Shown here: positions 25,679 through 37,963 of the stretch, in pieces
Layout of the letters: every line of letters begins with the position of its first letter
Numbering within the stretch: the stretch's first letter is position 1
Assembly: GCF_008831285.2 (NCBI RefSeq)
Contig: NC_045138.2
Span: forward strand, 24,490,001-24,554,000
Direction of reading: 5' to 3'
From: Nymphaea colorata
Taxonomy: Eukaryota
Length of the DNA stretch: 64,000 nucleotides
Translations under genes and position numbers: made by a program
The notes under the pieces: generated by a model
Told to the model about the DNA's origin: nothing
The model's database searches: none
Seen by the model: the letters and a program-made list of their open reading frames with translations, nothing else

Positions 25679-26476
25679 TCAAAGAAAGATGAAGCACTCC
25701 AGGGAAACAAGAGGGTTCTCAAGAGACTCGCTAGGAGCAGAACCAAACTCATCTTGTGGCTTCAGGTTTTCCTCTTGATCCCCATCGCCGCCACCACCAT
25801 AACCGCCGTAGCCGCTGCCATACTGTAGTACCCTTCGACTATCTTCCCAGCCGGTCATCGGTACCCGGCCAGGCGAATGGAGCGTCTTCCTCGATCCGCT
25901 CCTATTTACCACTGGTCTCCCGCCGGAATCCGCTGGAGACCCCGGGGATCTCGATCTCCGACCACTCCCTCTCATACCTATTTCTCCACCGGTCCTCCTC
26001 ATCCCGTTCCTCCACTCTCCGCCCGGACTTCCACCATAAAGCGACCTCCCAGCAGCCCTCGTGCCCTGACCCTCCGTCCTCCTCTCCGGCGAAACCTCCC
26101 TCTTCCGCGACGGAGACGGGCTTTTCCTACCCGATAACTCCTCCCTGACCCACCCCCTCTTTCCAGGAGACGACCTACGACGGATCGGCTGCTGCACTTC
26201 CGCGGCATTGTCCTCCTCCGTCAGCGCCACGGACACGCCCTCGCTCGCGCTGACCGCCTCCGACACGTCGACGCTCTCCTCCGCCTCTCGGCGCTTCTCC
26301 GACGTCACTAGGTCGCGCCTCACCGGCGGCTCCTTCTCGGTCGAACGCCTCGCTCGCATGCTCGGCCTCGGCGTCTCGGATAGGACCTCCTTCACCTTCT
26401 CCTCCGGCGGGTTACCTGACGACGCTTCAGATTCATCGTCGGCCGTCCACGATTTCTTGCTCATGCAAGTTCCCAT
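25679..26476 (-). CDS. Uncharacterised plant Arg/Ser-rich protein, 265 aa, intronless
   Basis: MGTCMS N-terminus (myristoylation/S-acylation type), EEKVKEVLSETP, R/S/P-rich middle, and C-terminal ESLENPLVSLECFIFL, a motif I recognise from a conserved angiosperm family. Confidence 0.9.
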   Translation of the reverse strand: MGTCMSKKSWTADDESEASSGNPPEEKVKEVLSETPRPSMRARRSTEKEPPVRRDLVTSEKRREAEESVDVSEAVSASEGVSVALTEEDNAAEVQQPIRRRSSPGKRGWVREELSGRKSPSPSRKREVSPERRTEGQGTRAAGRSLYGGSPGGEWRNGMRRTGGEIGMRGSGRRSRSPGSPADSGGRPVVNRSGSRKTLHSPGRVPMTGWEDSRRVLQYGSGYGGYGGGGDGDQEENLKPQDEFGSAPSESLENPLVSLECFIFL

Positions 26477-29357
26477 TCTGTCAGTGGTCTCCTAGAGCAT
26501 GGATTTAGTCAACTCTGCTGCGTCTGGAACTCGTCGAGCTAGGGGGAAAAGGAAATGGAGACTGTGAGCGTCACTGGAATTTTACAGACTTCAGTCGAGC
26601 TAACTGAAAGCAAGTGGCTTCACGAAGGAGATCGGCTTAGAGAGGGAGGTGAAGCTGTCCCATCTGTGAAGAAGACTGCCCAGAAATTGTTAATTATTGA
26701 GACAGAGAAAGGAGGAGGAGGAGGAGGAGGAGCAGATGGTGGTGGAGATGCAGAGTTTTATGGCGGGTGTCTGGAGGTTTACATTACGAGATTACCGATT
26801 TGCCCTTTCCGGCTGTCTGATCCACGTTGGTAATGGAATTGAATGAGATATCTGGATCGGGTTACTGATCTAAGATCTATCCTCTTTTAGTCTTCTTTGG
26901 TGGAAGATTACTATTTACTAATCCCGGTTCTCTTTAACATCCTTCTTCTAATAATAGGATGCGGTAGATGTCCAATTAATATGAGTTACATCCAAATTCG
27001 ATAACAATGTAAGATCTAGTAATGGATTTCGAGTCTGAATTAAAACTGGATTTCAGAGGATGTGTGAAAAAGAACTTGAGATCGATAGGCAAGATCAGTG
27101 GACTAATACATTGTTTACGCTGTGGATTTGGATTTAGGATCTGAGGATTAGAGATGCATGTATATTCTGCTCGTTTATGAGCCCTTATGTTTCAACCGAA
27201 TATAACTTATTTCGAGAATATGTTTGGATCGTAGATTTAAGATCCAAAGTTTCCTTTCCTCTCTTCATGGCGCCCAACCTGGAACCGGTCAAAACATGGC
27301 ACACGAGCCCACCAAACTGAGCCGGGTGAGTTCGAATTTAAGTGATCATGCCAAGCTAAATCGAACTAGGTCTACCATGTGGAGCTCAATTAGCTGTTTC
27401 CTAACACAAAATTTAGACCCTAATATGGTTTTTGTTCAAGACCCATCGAACACTAATGCTAAAGATCCACCCAAAGTTGGTGGCATAAGAACCTTTCAAA
27501 TTTGTTGGTGTGCCTACTCCAAACCAAACTAGTTTTCTGAGCCCAGCCCACCAGGCCCAACCGAGCTGACCGCGAACAGATCATCTTCTTTGGCACCTCT
27601 AGTCGGTATCAAGAATGTACACGCTTGACCAACTTGAACTGAGGTTGGTGCATGTTCAGGTCGACCTACATCTTTGTTTGAACTCATTTGCATTAAGAAA
27701 CAAACATACAGCAGCTTGGGCTTGACTTATGTGCAGACCTACCGCCAGGTCTGAGTGTCCTGGTAAGACTCCTGGAGTTTGACTAACAAGAATACAACTG
27801 ACCAAGGGCCAGTGCTCACATGGAACAGGTTTGTGGATTGGATTCTCTCAACATGGCTGTGGCCATATGTGCAGCAATGCTTTAATCATTCTGGGTGCAG
27901 GCATGGACCCATGCTCACCTGGGTCCAGCCCAGTTTACACTGCAGTGTCTTGCATTCCACATATAAAACACTCTTAAAGTGGGGCCTATCCACATGCTTA
28001 TAGTCAGGCCCTGCTCTGAGCTACTGGAACCCTCCACTTACTTTTTAAAGTCTTCTGATACATCCTAATCCCATTTTAAATCAACTGGGGTTTTGTTTGG
28101 GTTTGGTAGGTTCAGTTCACAGGTTGGATATTTGCTCAAGAAATAATTATCAAAGCCAATGGAAACTATTAATCACATGCCTTGAGCAGCGACCTCGACT
28201 TGTCTAACGAGAAAACACCTATCTTAGCTCCGAATTAGCGATAAATTTGGACTCAAACTAGTTTTAGGCTATCTGATTGTTTCAGGGAATGTCTCAGAAC
28301 TTCTAAACCCTATCAGTAAGAAAGCATTCTTTGAGATTGGATGCCAGCCCTGAAACTAGTAATAAGTCTTAAGAACATGCTTATGCTTGTAACTTGGAAG
28401 ATCTTCGGATAATATCAACAAGCATATTAAAAACTCTCAATTGAAAAAACACCTAGAAGTTTAGGGAACTATATTCAATTTTTCTGTGGTGTGACATTTT
28501 GATCAGATATTAGAAGAGGCAATGTTCTTAAAATTTCGTGAGTTTGTATTCCAAAACACTAAGATAGTTGTGAGATTATTAGCTTCAAGCACAATTACTT
28601 CTTTCATTGGATTTAGGTGCTGTAAGAATTTCAGAACTTGGTAAAAAATTTTCTCTAGAAAACAGAGGCACGGATTTTGTTTCCATGTTACCATGCTCAT
28701 GTCGAAACACAACAAAATCATCAAGGAAGAAAAGAAATGGATTCACTAGTAAACACTAATGACAATCAACTTTTTAAAAAATTCTGGAAAGACAATTCGA
28801 TTCCTCGGAAACCCCTGTCTACATCAGGCCACTCACTTCGATGTGAACATGGTCAGCCTCATAATTTTGTGAAATGGGCTCCACTCCTCATCGATTAGCT
28901 AGAATCTATGGACAAATGTGCAGTCGATTGAATATTAATACTTTTTTGCAGATCTTTTGGAACCCATAGAGTAAGGCCCGTCGGGCCTGAAGCCTCCGCC
29001 TCAGATCTTGGCTCTCTCGACTCAGGTCGTTTGACAATAAAAAATATTTTTTAATTATAAAATATATTTTTATAATATAAAATATATTTTTAATAATAAA
29101 ATACATATTATTAAATTTTAAAATAATAAAAAAATATTTTTTTAATTAGTAACGGGCCAGATCGGGCTGGGCTGGGTCGACCCGGGCCGGTACCTCGGGT
29201 CCATCACCCAAGCCTACCATAAAGGTATGGCTATCTATTTTCTTCTCCTTTTTCTCTTGTTCCCTTAGTTATTCAAACAACAATAATACAAAGAATAGGG
29301 AAAATAAAAAACAAAATCAACCATTGTTGCAAATTCATAATAATAATAAGACCTTAG

Positions 29358-29600
29358 AGGGTGTTTGGCAATAAGAATACCAACATGGTATTCCATGAAT
29401 TTATTCTAAAGATTAAGATACTTGAATGTGGTGTTTTATGAATCTATCTTGATTTTGAGAACAGATTCAAGAGATAGTATCGTACTAGTGTTATTATTGT
29501 CAAATGCACTTTTGCAAGAGTTGTAAAGTCTCATGAAGCAGCTCCAATTTTTATGACAGATACATGAAACACTACTTTAGTATTTCTATTGCCAAATGCT
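29358..29600. mobile_element. Tourist-like MITE
   Basis: Inverted ends GGGTGTTTGGCAATAAGAATAC ... GTATTTCTATTGCCAAATGC. Confidence 0.5.
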
Positions 29601-31139
29601 ATCAATGTTTCGTAGGTGTAATATTCTAATTGTTTAGTCCCATATTTAAGATTGTGAGAAATCTTTAAAGGTTTATAAAGGGAGTTACTGGCATAAATAG
29701 TTGTCTTGGTTTCTAACCTTTTTGAGGTTGAACTCGAACCTAGTTGTTATAGTAGGTGACTAACCTTGAACTTCATCTTTTTATAGGGAGATGTGGTAGA
29801 TACCGATCAACATTTGAGCCATTCCCTGTTTATGTTTATGGGTTTGCGTCTACAAGCACTCGGACAGGAAAAGATATGGATCATGGGACGTGGGACTCAA
29901 ACCTGGTTTATAAACTTCTAATCCAGATCAAATTAGGGATTATGGCTGTCCAAATGTCATTGTTGGGTTAAATCGGGCAAACTTGGAACATCCGCATCTA
30001 AATATCCAATGTGACAACTACCTTATTTGTGTATAATTTTCAGTTTGGAATTATTATGTAAAATGTCTTTTCAGTTACATAAATTGGGTTTTCGCCTTGC
30101 TTCTTTTTCAAATAATCCTGGTACGACCCGATCCGCTTATCTGTCTTCTACATGAATAGCTTTATCCAAGTCAATGTCAAACTGTGCCAAATTAGGAAGC
30201 ACTGGGTCCGTCTTGCCCCCGTCCAAGTGAAAGTAGGCGGGCCTAACTCTTTAGAACCTCGTTATCTTTCTGGACTAAAGTGTACCTAGTCATGTTGGAT
30301 TTGATTGACACGGATCTGGATCATAGACGATCCAAAACAACAATACATAAAATCCTAATTAAACAAATCTAACAATATCTTAGCAGCACGAAATATGTTT
30401 ATCCAGCCATGAAATTAAGCTTCATTTGTCTAGCTAGCTGATATATCTAATCTAATTAGGACCTTTCAAATTATTTTCTAATTTAATCTAATCTTTTTCA
30501 AAGTGAATGTTTATCTAGCATTTTCCAAAATGAAATGAGGTTTATTTATCTTAAAATTTAACTCACTCGAATTTTTTTGGAACCCCCAAAGGAGAGATAA
30601 ACCGGCAAACATTGCCCTTTTTCGGTTCTTTGCACGCTTTCTTATTACTTTATGCGACATTTTTACACAGTAAAATTTAATATTGACATGTTTACGTGCA
30701 GTGGATGCACCGCTATCTTCTCAATGGTTTGGGCTATCCAGGTTCTTAATGCTCCACCTTTATCGGCAACGATGTTTCTGTAAAATTTCTAGCTAAGAAG
30801 GTGTAATTTAGAAAAATGTCTTATCATTTTGAATGCTTTAAAGTTTTATACATGATCCATTCATCTATAGAGTTTGGCTCTTCCCCTCAGCATCCTAACT
30901 AGAATCAAATCCATCTGGCCCGCAGGCCCATGTTGAGTAGAAGATTCAATGGTGGATCAGAAGCAATGGCGGATAAGGCTCTCTTCTCCCGCGAAATATG
31001 GAACGATAATTTACAGGGAAAGTGTGGCACACCAAAGGGCAGACGTGTTAAATACAACGGTCCCCAACTGCAGTGCTTCGCAATTCAACCTGTTCTCTAC
31101 GTGATCATATCTACTGCATCGTCAAGCCTCTCACAAGCA

Positions 31140-31982
31140 ATGGCTCCTGATCGTGAGGATCAGAACCCGGCCGCTTACCTGCTGCGCCACCTGTTTGAGT
31201 TGATTGTTTCCCACGGGCTCCGATGGAACCCTGATTGCGTACCCGAGGACATTCCGCGTCGCTACCAAGACTCCAGCGCTGACCACCAGCAATGGAGCAG
31301 TGATACGCCATCCCTCCTGCACGTTACTGAATCCCATCAGAGTATTTCACCGGAGCTGCAGACAAAGGACGCAGGAGTTATAGTTTATGGACACCTAGAA
31401 GAGAATCATCCCCAAAGAAGAGTGCAGCCTGTTGGAACTCAGGTTCCCATCATAGCAGAAGCAGCTTCATCTCATCCCCAGCTTCAGCTCAACGTCTTTT
31501 CTCCACAGTTTGCGTCTCAGCTGAACAACAACAACAACAACGACGGAGCTCAGCAACGGAAGCAGCAGCCCGTGTTTACAGAGGAGGGTCTACTCAGAAA
31601 GATAACTGACCTACATCATTACAGACCCTGCTTTCTTTTCAAGAAGAGATTAACAAACTCCGATACCAATCTGAGCCAGTGCAGATTGTCGGTGCCGAAG
31701 TCCGCTGTGCGTGCGAATTTCACGCGACCCCTCTTCTTGCAGGAAGAAATCGACAAGTTCCGGAGCAAGAATGGGCTCGAGGTCATGGCATTTGATCAAA
31801 ACGGAGAAAGATATGCCATGAGATTCAAGTTGTGGACGTCCTGTGGCACTTACGTCCTGTTGGGGAAGTGGAAAGAGTTCTTGCAAAATAATAAACTGCA
31901 TGGGACAGGGGAGGAAGTCAGAATCTGGGCTTTTCGCGACTCACAGACAAGGAGAATTGCTTTCCTGATCACATTACTTTGA
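31140..31982 (+). CDS. B3 DNA-binding domain protein (DUF313-like single C-terminal B3), paralog 1, ~280 aa
   Basis: C-terminal FLFKKRLTNSDTNLSQCRLSVPK...GLEVMAFDQNGERYAMRFKLW...YVLLGKWKEFLQNNKL...VRIWAFR. Start placed at GCAATGG (31140) by context and alignment with the paralog; the ORF is open from 30930. Confidence 0.88.
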   Translation: MAPDREDQNPAAYLLRHLFELIVSHGLRWNPDCVPEDIPRRYQDSSADHQQWSSDTPSLLHVTESHQSISPELQTKDAGVIVYGHLEENHPQRRVQPVGTQVPIIAEAASSHPQLQLNVFSPQFASQLNNNNNNDGAQQRKQQPVFTEEGLLRKITDLHHYRPCFLFKKRLTNSDTNLSQCRLSVPKSAVRANFTRPLFLQEEIDKFRSKNGLEVMAFDQNGERYAMRFKLWTSCGTYVLLGKWKEFLQNNKLHGTGEEVRIWAFRDSQTRRIAFLITLL

Positions 31983-32959
31983 TTCTTTTCCTCCAATGGA
32001 TACCGTTTTTCTTCTTCTCAGTTGAAGCAGTAGGGAATATCTTTAACTTTCTGTTACTTTCATGCACTGTAAATAGATTATAGAACCATACTCTGTGGTT
32101 CGCAGGATTACAAAACAATTGGTTTAATTTGAAGAGGGGAGTGTATATTTGGTCTGGTCTATAGTGATCTTGCGGCATCCTCAACCCCGTGAGGTCTGTG
32201 AATGAATTAAGTGCAAGAACAAACGAATTCTAGATTTTTACTTATTTTCATCCAATGTGACTTGTTCATCCAATTTTTCTTCATTGTGAGAAGGATCAGT
32301 AGGAAATTTGATTTAATCAGAGGGAACTTTGTTGATCTCTGCACATTTGGTTTGATGATGGTGTTGCCTGCAGCATCGTTACCATGAGGTCTATCTCAAT
32401 AAGTTTTAGGCATCATGCAACGTTATACATTTGACAATGGAATCGTTCAGTGTGGTTAGTAGGATTAGTAAGAAATTTGGTTTAATTTAAGGTGGAACTT
32501 AGTTCTGCATCTGCTGTATCTCAGGAAAGAAGAAACATACGATCTACGTTTACATCTGCAATGAAATTAACCATATGGGAGCAAACTTCGCTTCCAAAAC
32601 CAAAGGGATCAATATAATCTTTTTAATATGTGAATAACAGTTATTTTATTGTCCAGAAAAGTTTGACTGACGATTCGTATATCTTCCTATAGAACGGAAT
32701 CTGTACATTCGAATAAACGTGTCTTAAGCTGAATTTTGGATTTTCAACGCCGAGGTATTTTGTATCCGATTAAGTTTATCGAAATTAAATAACTTTTCAA
32801 TACATGTCGCTTCCGATTCACATCTAATATCTTTTCATTATGTACCATCTGTGAAAATTATGCAACCCATTAAGGTGCCACTCGTTCAATGCTGCATAGT
32901 CAATTTATCATAAATCTATTGTACCAGTAATATTAATGCATTAGTGGCATTATTGGAAG

Positions 32960-33006
<47 letters not shown>

Positions 33007-34546
33007 AGAATATAATACGGCAAGCTTGAAAAAACAAGAAAAATATGATAAATTTTTAAAAATTATAAAAAATAAAAAAAAAGAAAAATAAAAATAAAAT
33101 AAGTGTGAAACTAATTACACGAACATAAAAGATAAGTAGAATTGCAACAAATAAAAAATATAAAATGAAAAAAAAAACTGCTTAACATTAAAAAAATGAA
33201 AAAATGAGAAAAAAGCATTAAAAAAGTGTTTTTACATTTTTAACGTTTTTTTAAGTTTTAAACAACTAGTTAATTTATCACGTTTTTTCGCATTTTTTTT
33301 TTTGAAAGAACTCGTTTTCTATGACTCTGGTTATAGTAACATTAAATGTGTATCACCGAAACTTTTTGGCTATTTTGAAAAGTTAGGGGATTGATTTGAA
33401 AATAATCTTGAAAAAACATACATTGGAAAATTGGATTTTAGTGTTGGGAATTCATGAAAAATCCCTAATGGTACATACATTAGTTACTTATATATATATG
33501 AATGAGGTGCATAAAAGATGTAGGGTGTTCTTTCGGTTTGATTCATGAACTCATATCATTAATTTGTTCCTAAGTTTCATTTTCCTGCTCAATGACACCA
33601 TTTGTGTTTAACTACAATAAGCTTGTCGTGCGTTAGGCAGCATCATCGAATCTAGTCACTGGCGCAAATGCTGTGTCGTAGCTAGCAATTAATACCCTTC
33701 TAGTCTCATTTGTTTCATCAAGGGGACAACATGGACTCTAGTTGATACACGATTGTATAAGAAACGGCAACATATATAGATCTACATTAAGTCTTTTTGC
33801 AAAAGCATTATAAATTATAGATCTACAACCACCAATGATGCAGTGAACCCAAGTAACTTAATTACGGATTTGCAAAAAAATACTCACCCATTATACGGCA
33901 CCAGAATTTACTTGTGGAGAACATTGCAAAATACATTCATTAGGTCCAAACAGTCGGTGACCATGGGTATTACACATGTTTTAGCTTCAATTTTTAAGTT
34001 ATTAGCAAAACAAACTCGCACCAACACGGTAAAACTTGGATTCTGGTTTGGCACCTTGAGATACTTGATAAGCCTGCTGCCATATCCTTCTCTTGCGTCC
34101 CAAACACGTTAACTTTTGGATTTGGATTATCCCGGGAGCCGCGAGATTCTGTTTACACTTGCAATAATACCACGATCGAACACGGTAAATTTTCAATTTA
34201 GATCGATCGATTTGGATCTGGTACCTTGAGATATTTGCTGCTTGAACCTTCTTATGTCACCCTCCTTTGAACGCAAATGGTTTTGGATTTGATAACGAAG
34301 CTCCGAAGCTCCACGAGTAAATATGAAAACTCCTGGTGATTAAGCTTCTCTAAACCGGTAAAAAGCAGCGTCGTTTGATATACATGAAACCCCGCAGAGA
34401 ATTTGGATAGAGGTTTCCTCCCTCGGATTGTGGAATGACAGTTTTCTGTTATGTACCGAAAGTTTGGCCCATGGAAGCGGGGACATGACATATTATATAG
34501 AAGGGTCCCAACGAGACCAGCATTGTCTTCCTTCCAAGCTTCATCA

Positions 34547-35809
34547 ATGGCTTCTTCTCCTCAGCGGAATCGGACCTCCTGCCGGCTGCCCTACATCCTT
34601 GACGTGCCGCTCAGCTTCTATGAGTGGACCAGGTCGGACTGGCAACAATGGGCGCCCGATTGCATCCCCGACTCCCTTCAAAGTTCCCACCATGACTCGA
34701 TGAGCAGCGATCCTCCATGCCTCCAGCTCGATGATGAATCTTTTTGGACTACTTTCATGGAGCTGGATGAAGATGCAGCAGCTCCAGCTTTCGATACTTC
34801 CCTCGAGCTGGATGAAGATGCAGCAGTTCTTGCTTATATGGAGATGGAGAATGTTGCTGCTGCAGGTCCAGCTTCCGATTACCGTCAAGAAAATCATCAC
34901 ATGCCGCCTGTTGGAACTCAGCTTGCCTTCAATGCAGGAGCAGGTCCGTCCGACCAACCCCAGCTTCAGCAGCAAAACCTGGCTCCTCCTCCGTTGCTTC
35001 CACCGCAGAATAACAATGCTAGAGCAGGTCCGTCTGACCAGCTCCAGCTTCAGCAGCAAAACCTGGCTCCTCCTCCGTTGCTTCCACCGCAGAATAACAA
35101 TGCTAGAGCAGGTCCGTCTGACCAGCTCCAGCTTCAGCAGCAAAACCTGGCTCCTCCTCCGTTGCTTCCACCGCAGAATAACTATGCTAGAGCAGGTCCG
35201 TCTGACCAGCTCCAGCTTCAGCAGCAAAACCTGGCTCCTCCTCCGTTGCTTCCACCGCAGAATAACAATGCTAGAGCAGGTCCGTCTGACCAGCCCCAGC
35301 TTCAGCAGCAAAACCTGGCTCCTCCTCCGTTGCTTCCACCGCAGAATAACAATGCTAGAGCTCAGCAACGGCGGCAGCAGCAGCAGCACCCCAGGATGTT
35401 TCCCGAAGATGGTCCACTCAGAAACATAGCTGACCTCCTCAATTGCAGGCCCAGCTTTCTTTTGAGCAAGAAATTGACAAGCACCGATACCAATTTGAGT
35501 CAATGCAGACTGTCGGTGCCGAAGACCGCTGTGCGTGCAAATTTCAAGCGGCCCATCTTTTCGCAAGAAGATATCGATAAGTTCGACAGCAAGGACGGGC
35601 TCGAGCTCACCGCCTTTGATCAAAACGGAGAAGAGTACGCGATGAGGTTCAAGCTGTGGAAGTCCTGTGGCACTTACATCCTGTTGGGGAAGTGGAAAGA
35701 GTTCCTGCAAAACAATAAACTTCAAGGGAAGGGAGATGCCGAAGTCTGTGCGTGGGCTACCCGCCACCCCCAAACTGGGAGGATTATTTTCTTGATGACA
35801 GTTTATTGA
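34547..35809 (+). CDS. B3 DNA-binding domain protein, paralog 2, ~420 aa, with acidic and P/Q-rich repeat region
   Basis: B3 domain highly similar to paralog 1 (KKLTSTDTNLSQCRLSVPK...YILLGKWKEFLQNNKL). TATA-like TATTATATAG at 34491 lies downstream of the ORF-track ATG (34451), favouring ATG 34547. The 3' flanks of the two paralogs are also homologous. Confidence 0.88.
   Translation: MASSPQRNRTSCRLPYILDVPLSFYEWTRSDWQQWAPDCIPDSLQSSHHDSMSSDPPCLQLDDESFWTTFMELDEDAAAPAFDTSLELDEDAAVLAYMEMENVAAAGPASDYRQENHHMPPVGTQLAFNAGAGPSDQPQLQQQNLAPPPLLPPQNNNARAGPSDQLQLQQQNLAPPPLLPPQNNNARAGPSDQLQLQQQNLAPPPLLPPQNNYARAGPSDQLQLQQQNLAPPPLLPPQNNNARAGPSDQPQLQQQNLAPPPLLPPQNNNARAQQRRQQQQHPRMFPEDGPLRNIADLLNCRPSFLLSKKLTSTDTNLSQCRLSVPKTAVRANFKRPIFSQEDIDKFDSKDGLELTAFDQNGEEYAMRFKLWKSCGTYILLGKWKEFLQNNKLQGKGDAEVCAWATRHPQTGRIIFLMTVY
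34938..35361 (+). repeat. Coding tandem repeat, 5 x 84 nt (RAGPSDQ[L/P]QLQQQNLAPPPLLPPQNN[N/Y]A)
   Basis: Units start at 34938, 35022, 35106, 35190 and 35274 and are nearly identical. Confidence 0.97.
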
Positions 35810-37909
35810 TTCTTTCACACGCTTCAATCTATACCGTCTTTTCTTTCTCAAGATTCGTTCGTTTGAAGCGCTAGGGGATGATATTCTTTAGCTTTCTGTT
35901 TAATTTCATGCTCTGTAATTAGATCATGGAATCATTCTTTGTGGAAACTTGTCTCCGTGAATGAATGAATCAAGTGCATGCACAAGAACTAAGGAATTTT
36001 AGACTTGTGCTTATTTTTGTGCAACATATTTTGCTTATCCATTTGTTCTTTGTAATGTGAAGGATTAGAAGGAAATTTGGTTTGATTTGCAGAGGGAACT
36101 TAGCGCTTCCCATGTATGTTTAGTTTGACGAATGTGCTGCATTCCGCAGTATCTTCACCATGAGGGCTCTATTAATGAATTAAATGAAAGAACTAAGAAT
36201 TACGAAGTCATTTGGTATCTGTTTGTTTTCTTGCAATGTAATTCGACGATCGAGTAGAGCTCCGTAGTTCACCATGAGGGCCTTTATATGTCTCTTGGTA
36301 TATGAAACTAATATAAATTTTTTGTGAGGTATGTGCAATTTAAATACATAAGAAAATTTTTCTATATAATCTGCCTTATTGTTCATTCTCCGGTTCGTCC
36401 TTTCCAAAATATATATTCCAAATCCCTTATTTTCTTATTAGTGTTTGCTCTCCTCTATACTTCCACCGAATTTATGAAGATAATCCAGTTATGGATACGT
36501 TGACGTATACTTCTCTCCTAAACCAAAGGGATTAAAATAATTTTTTTATATATAAATAAATAAGAATGCTTTATGTAACTAAGTTTTTCTATACATGTTT
36601 TGAGCAGATTTTTCATTTTCAGCATGGATTTCTCATGCAACTAAGTTTGTCAAAGAATAACTTGCGTTTATGTATCATATGTTAAAAAAAATACCCAACA
36701 TACAATTTTCTTTGCCAAGTTTCAAAAAATAAAGATAAAGATAAAGATAACGCATGGTGCCCTTTCCGAAAGATAAAGATAATGCATGGTGGCAATGGCG
36801 ATTTCCGCTTATCCACGCAAATCTACAAGTACTCGCAATCGTGTACAAAGACATAAGAGTTTACTTAAAGAGCGTCTTTTCAAAAAATATACATTTTAAT
36901 TTTTAAATTAAATATTTGATATTATTTCATTAAAAAGAACTGCCAATATAACTTGCAAAATAGATTGCAAACACGCTACTGTGTTGGTCAACATTTAAGG
37001 CTTTCTAGTGGCTGCAACATTCGATGAAGAGCCAATACATTACTTATCTATCTATACGACCTGATCATAGAACAGTATTAGCAGCGGTCCTCAAAAATAC
37101 TGGTAAATTAAATGGTTTAATAAACTTTAAATTCCGCTCATAAGTTTATTTTGGATAGGTTGATTGCTGGCTAACTTTGTTGCAAATTCCACATGTAATG
37201 TTGGTGCCAATAAATTATGTTGTCGACTCTCTTTAAATTTATATTAGTTATGGAAGATAATCAGTATCGAAACAAACTATTAAGATGCATAAATTCGTCG
37301 TAAATAAATCTAGTTCAACCTTTTGGTGAAACAAGACATAGATCATCGAGTAAATCATTAGTTAAGGCCCTTCTTTAAGTGACATAGTGATGGACAAACA
37401 AAATGAACCATCAGACCCAATCCATACAATTAATTTATAAGATGTTTGACACAATTCTAACAATAAAATGTATCTATTAGATGCTCAAGTAAATTTATAT
37501 CCGAATACTTGAATTCTTAGGATTGGATCCGATCTATTTGGATCTATGTCAAACCTTTCTCACGAATAACAAAGTCTGGCAGATGAACATACTATTGGGG
37601 ATACTGAATTCCTAGATTTGGATTTGAATTTTGGTGTTGTTGTTTTCAATCGGCTATATCTATGCCTAATAATACGTCTGGTAGGTTCCCCTAAATAAGG
37701 TTATTCGAATAAAATTTTCAATAAATTTAATTCATTGATGTGATATATGCAAAACTAGGGACACAAATGTCACGCACTGTTCTTTTTTTTTTTTAATATT
37801 CTAAAGTTCTCACCCGGGCATCGCGCAATGGGGCAGACGGATGGAAACCGTCTGTCAATTTTTTTTATTAGAAAAATAATACAAAAACGATGCTTCCGAC
37901 GATGTAGGT

Positions 37910-37963
<54 letters not shown>

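Noticed and set aside
25679..25696. C-terminal CFIFL as a CaaX prenylation box
   Set aside because: The Cys is fifth from the end, not fourth.
25325..25828. 167-aa plus-strand ORF overlapping the end of the 25679-26476 gene
   Set aside because: Antisense to a CDS end and a pyrimidine-rich 3'UTR; K/R/E bias from purine skew; no domain.
30930..31139. N-terminal ORF extensions of the B3 genes (also 34451-34546)
   Set aside because: Not homologous between paralogs and they span TATA-like sequence, so the downstream ATGs are preferred. Not excluded without transcript data.
34938..35361. Regular repeat array as a CRISPR-like structure
   Set aside because: No unique spacers; it is an in-frame coding tandem repeat in a eukaryotic gene.
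34544..35851. 435-aa antisense ORF over B3 paralog 2
   Set aside because: Shadow of the sense CDS; the stop-free 84 nt repeat inflates its length; no recognisable motifs.
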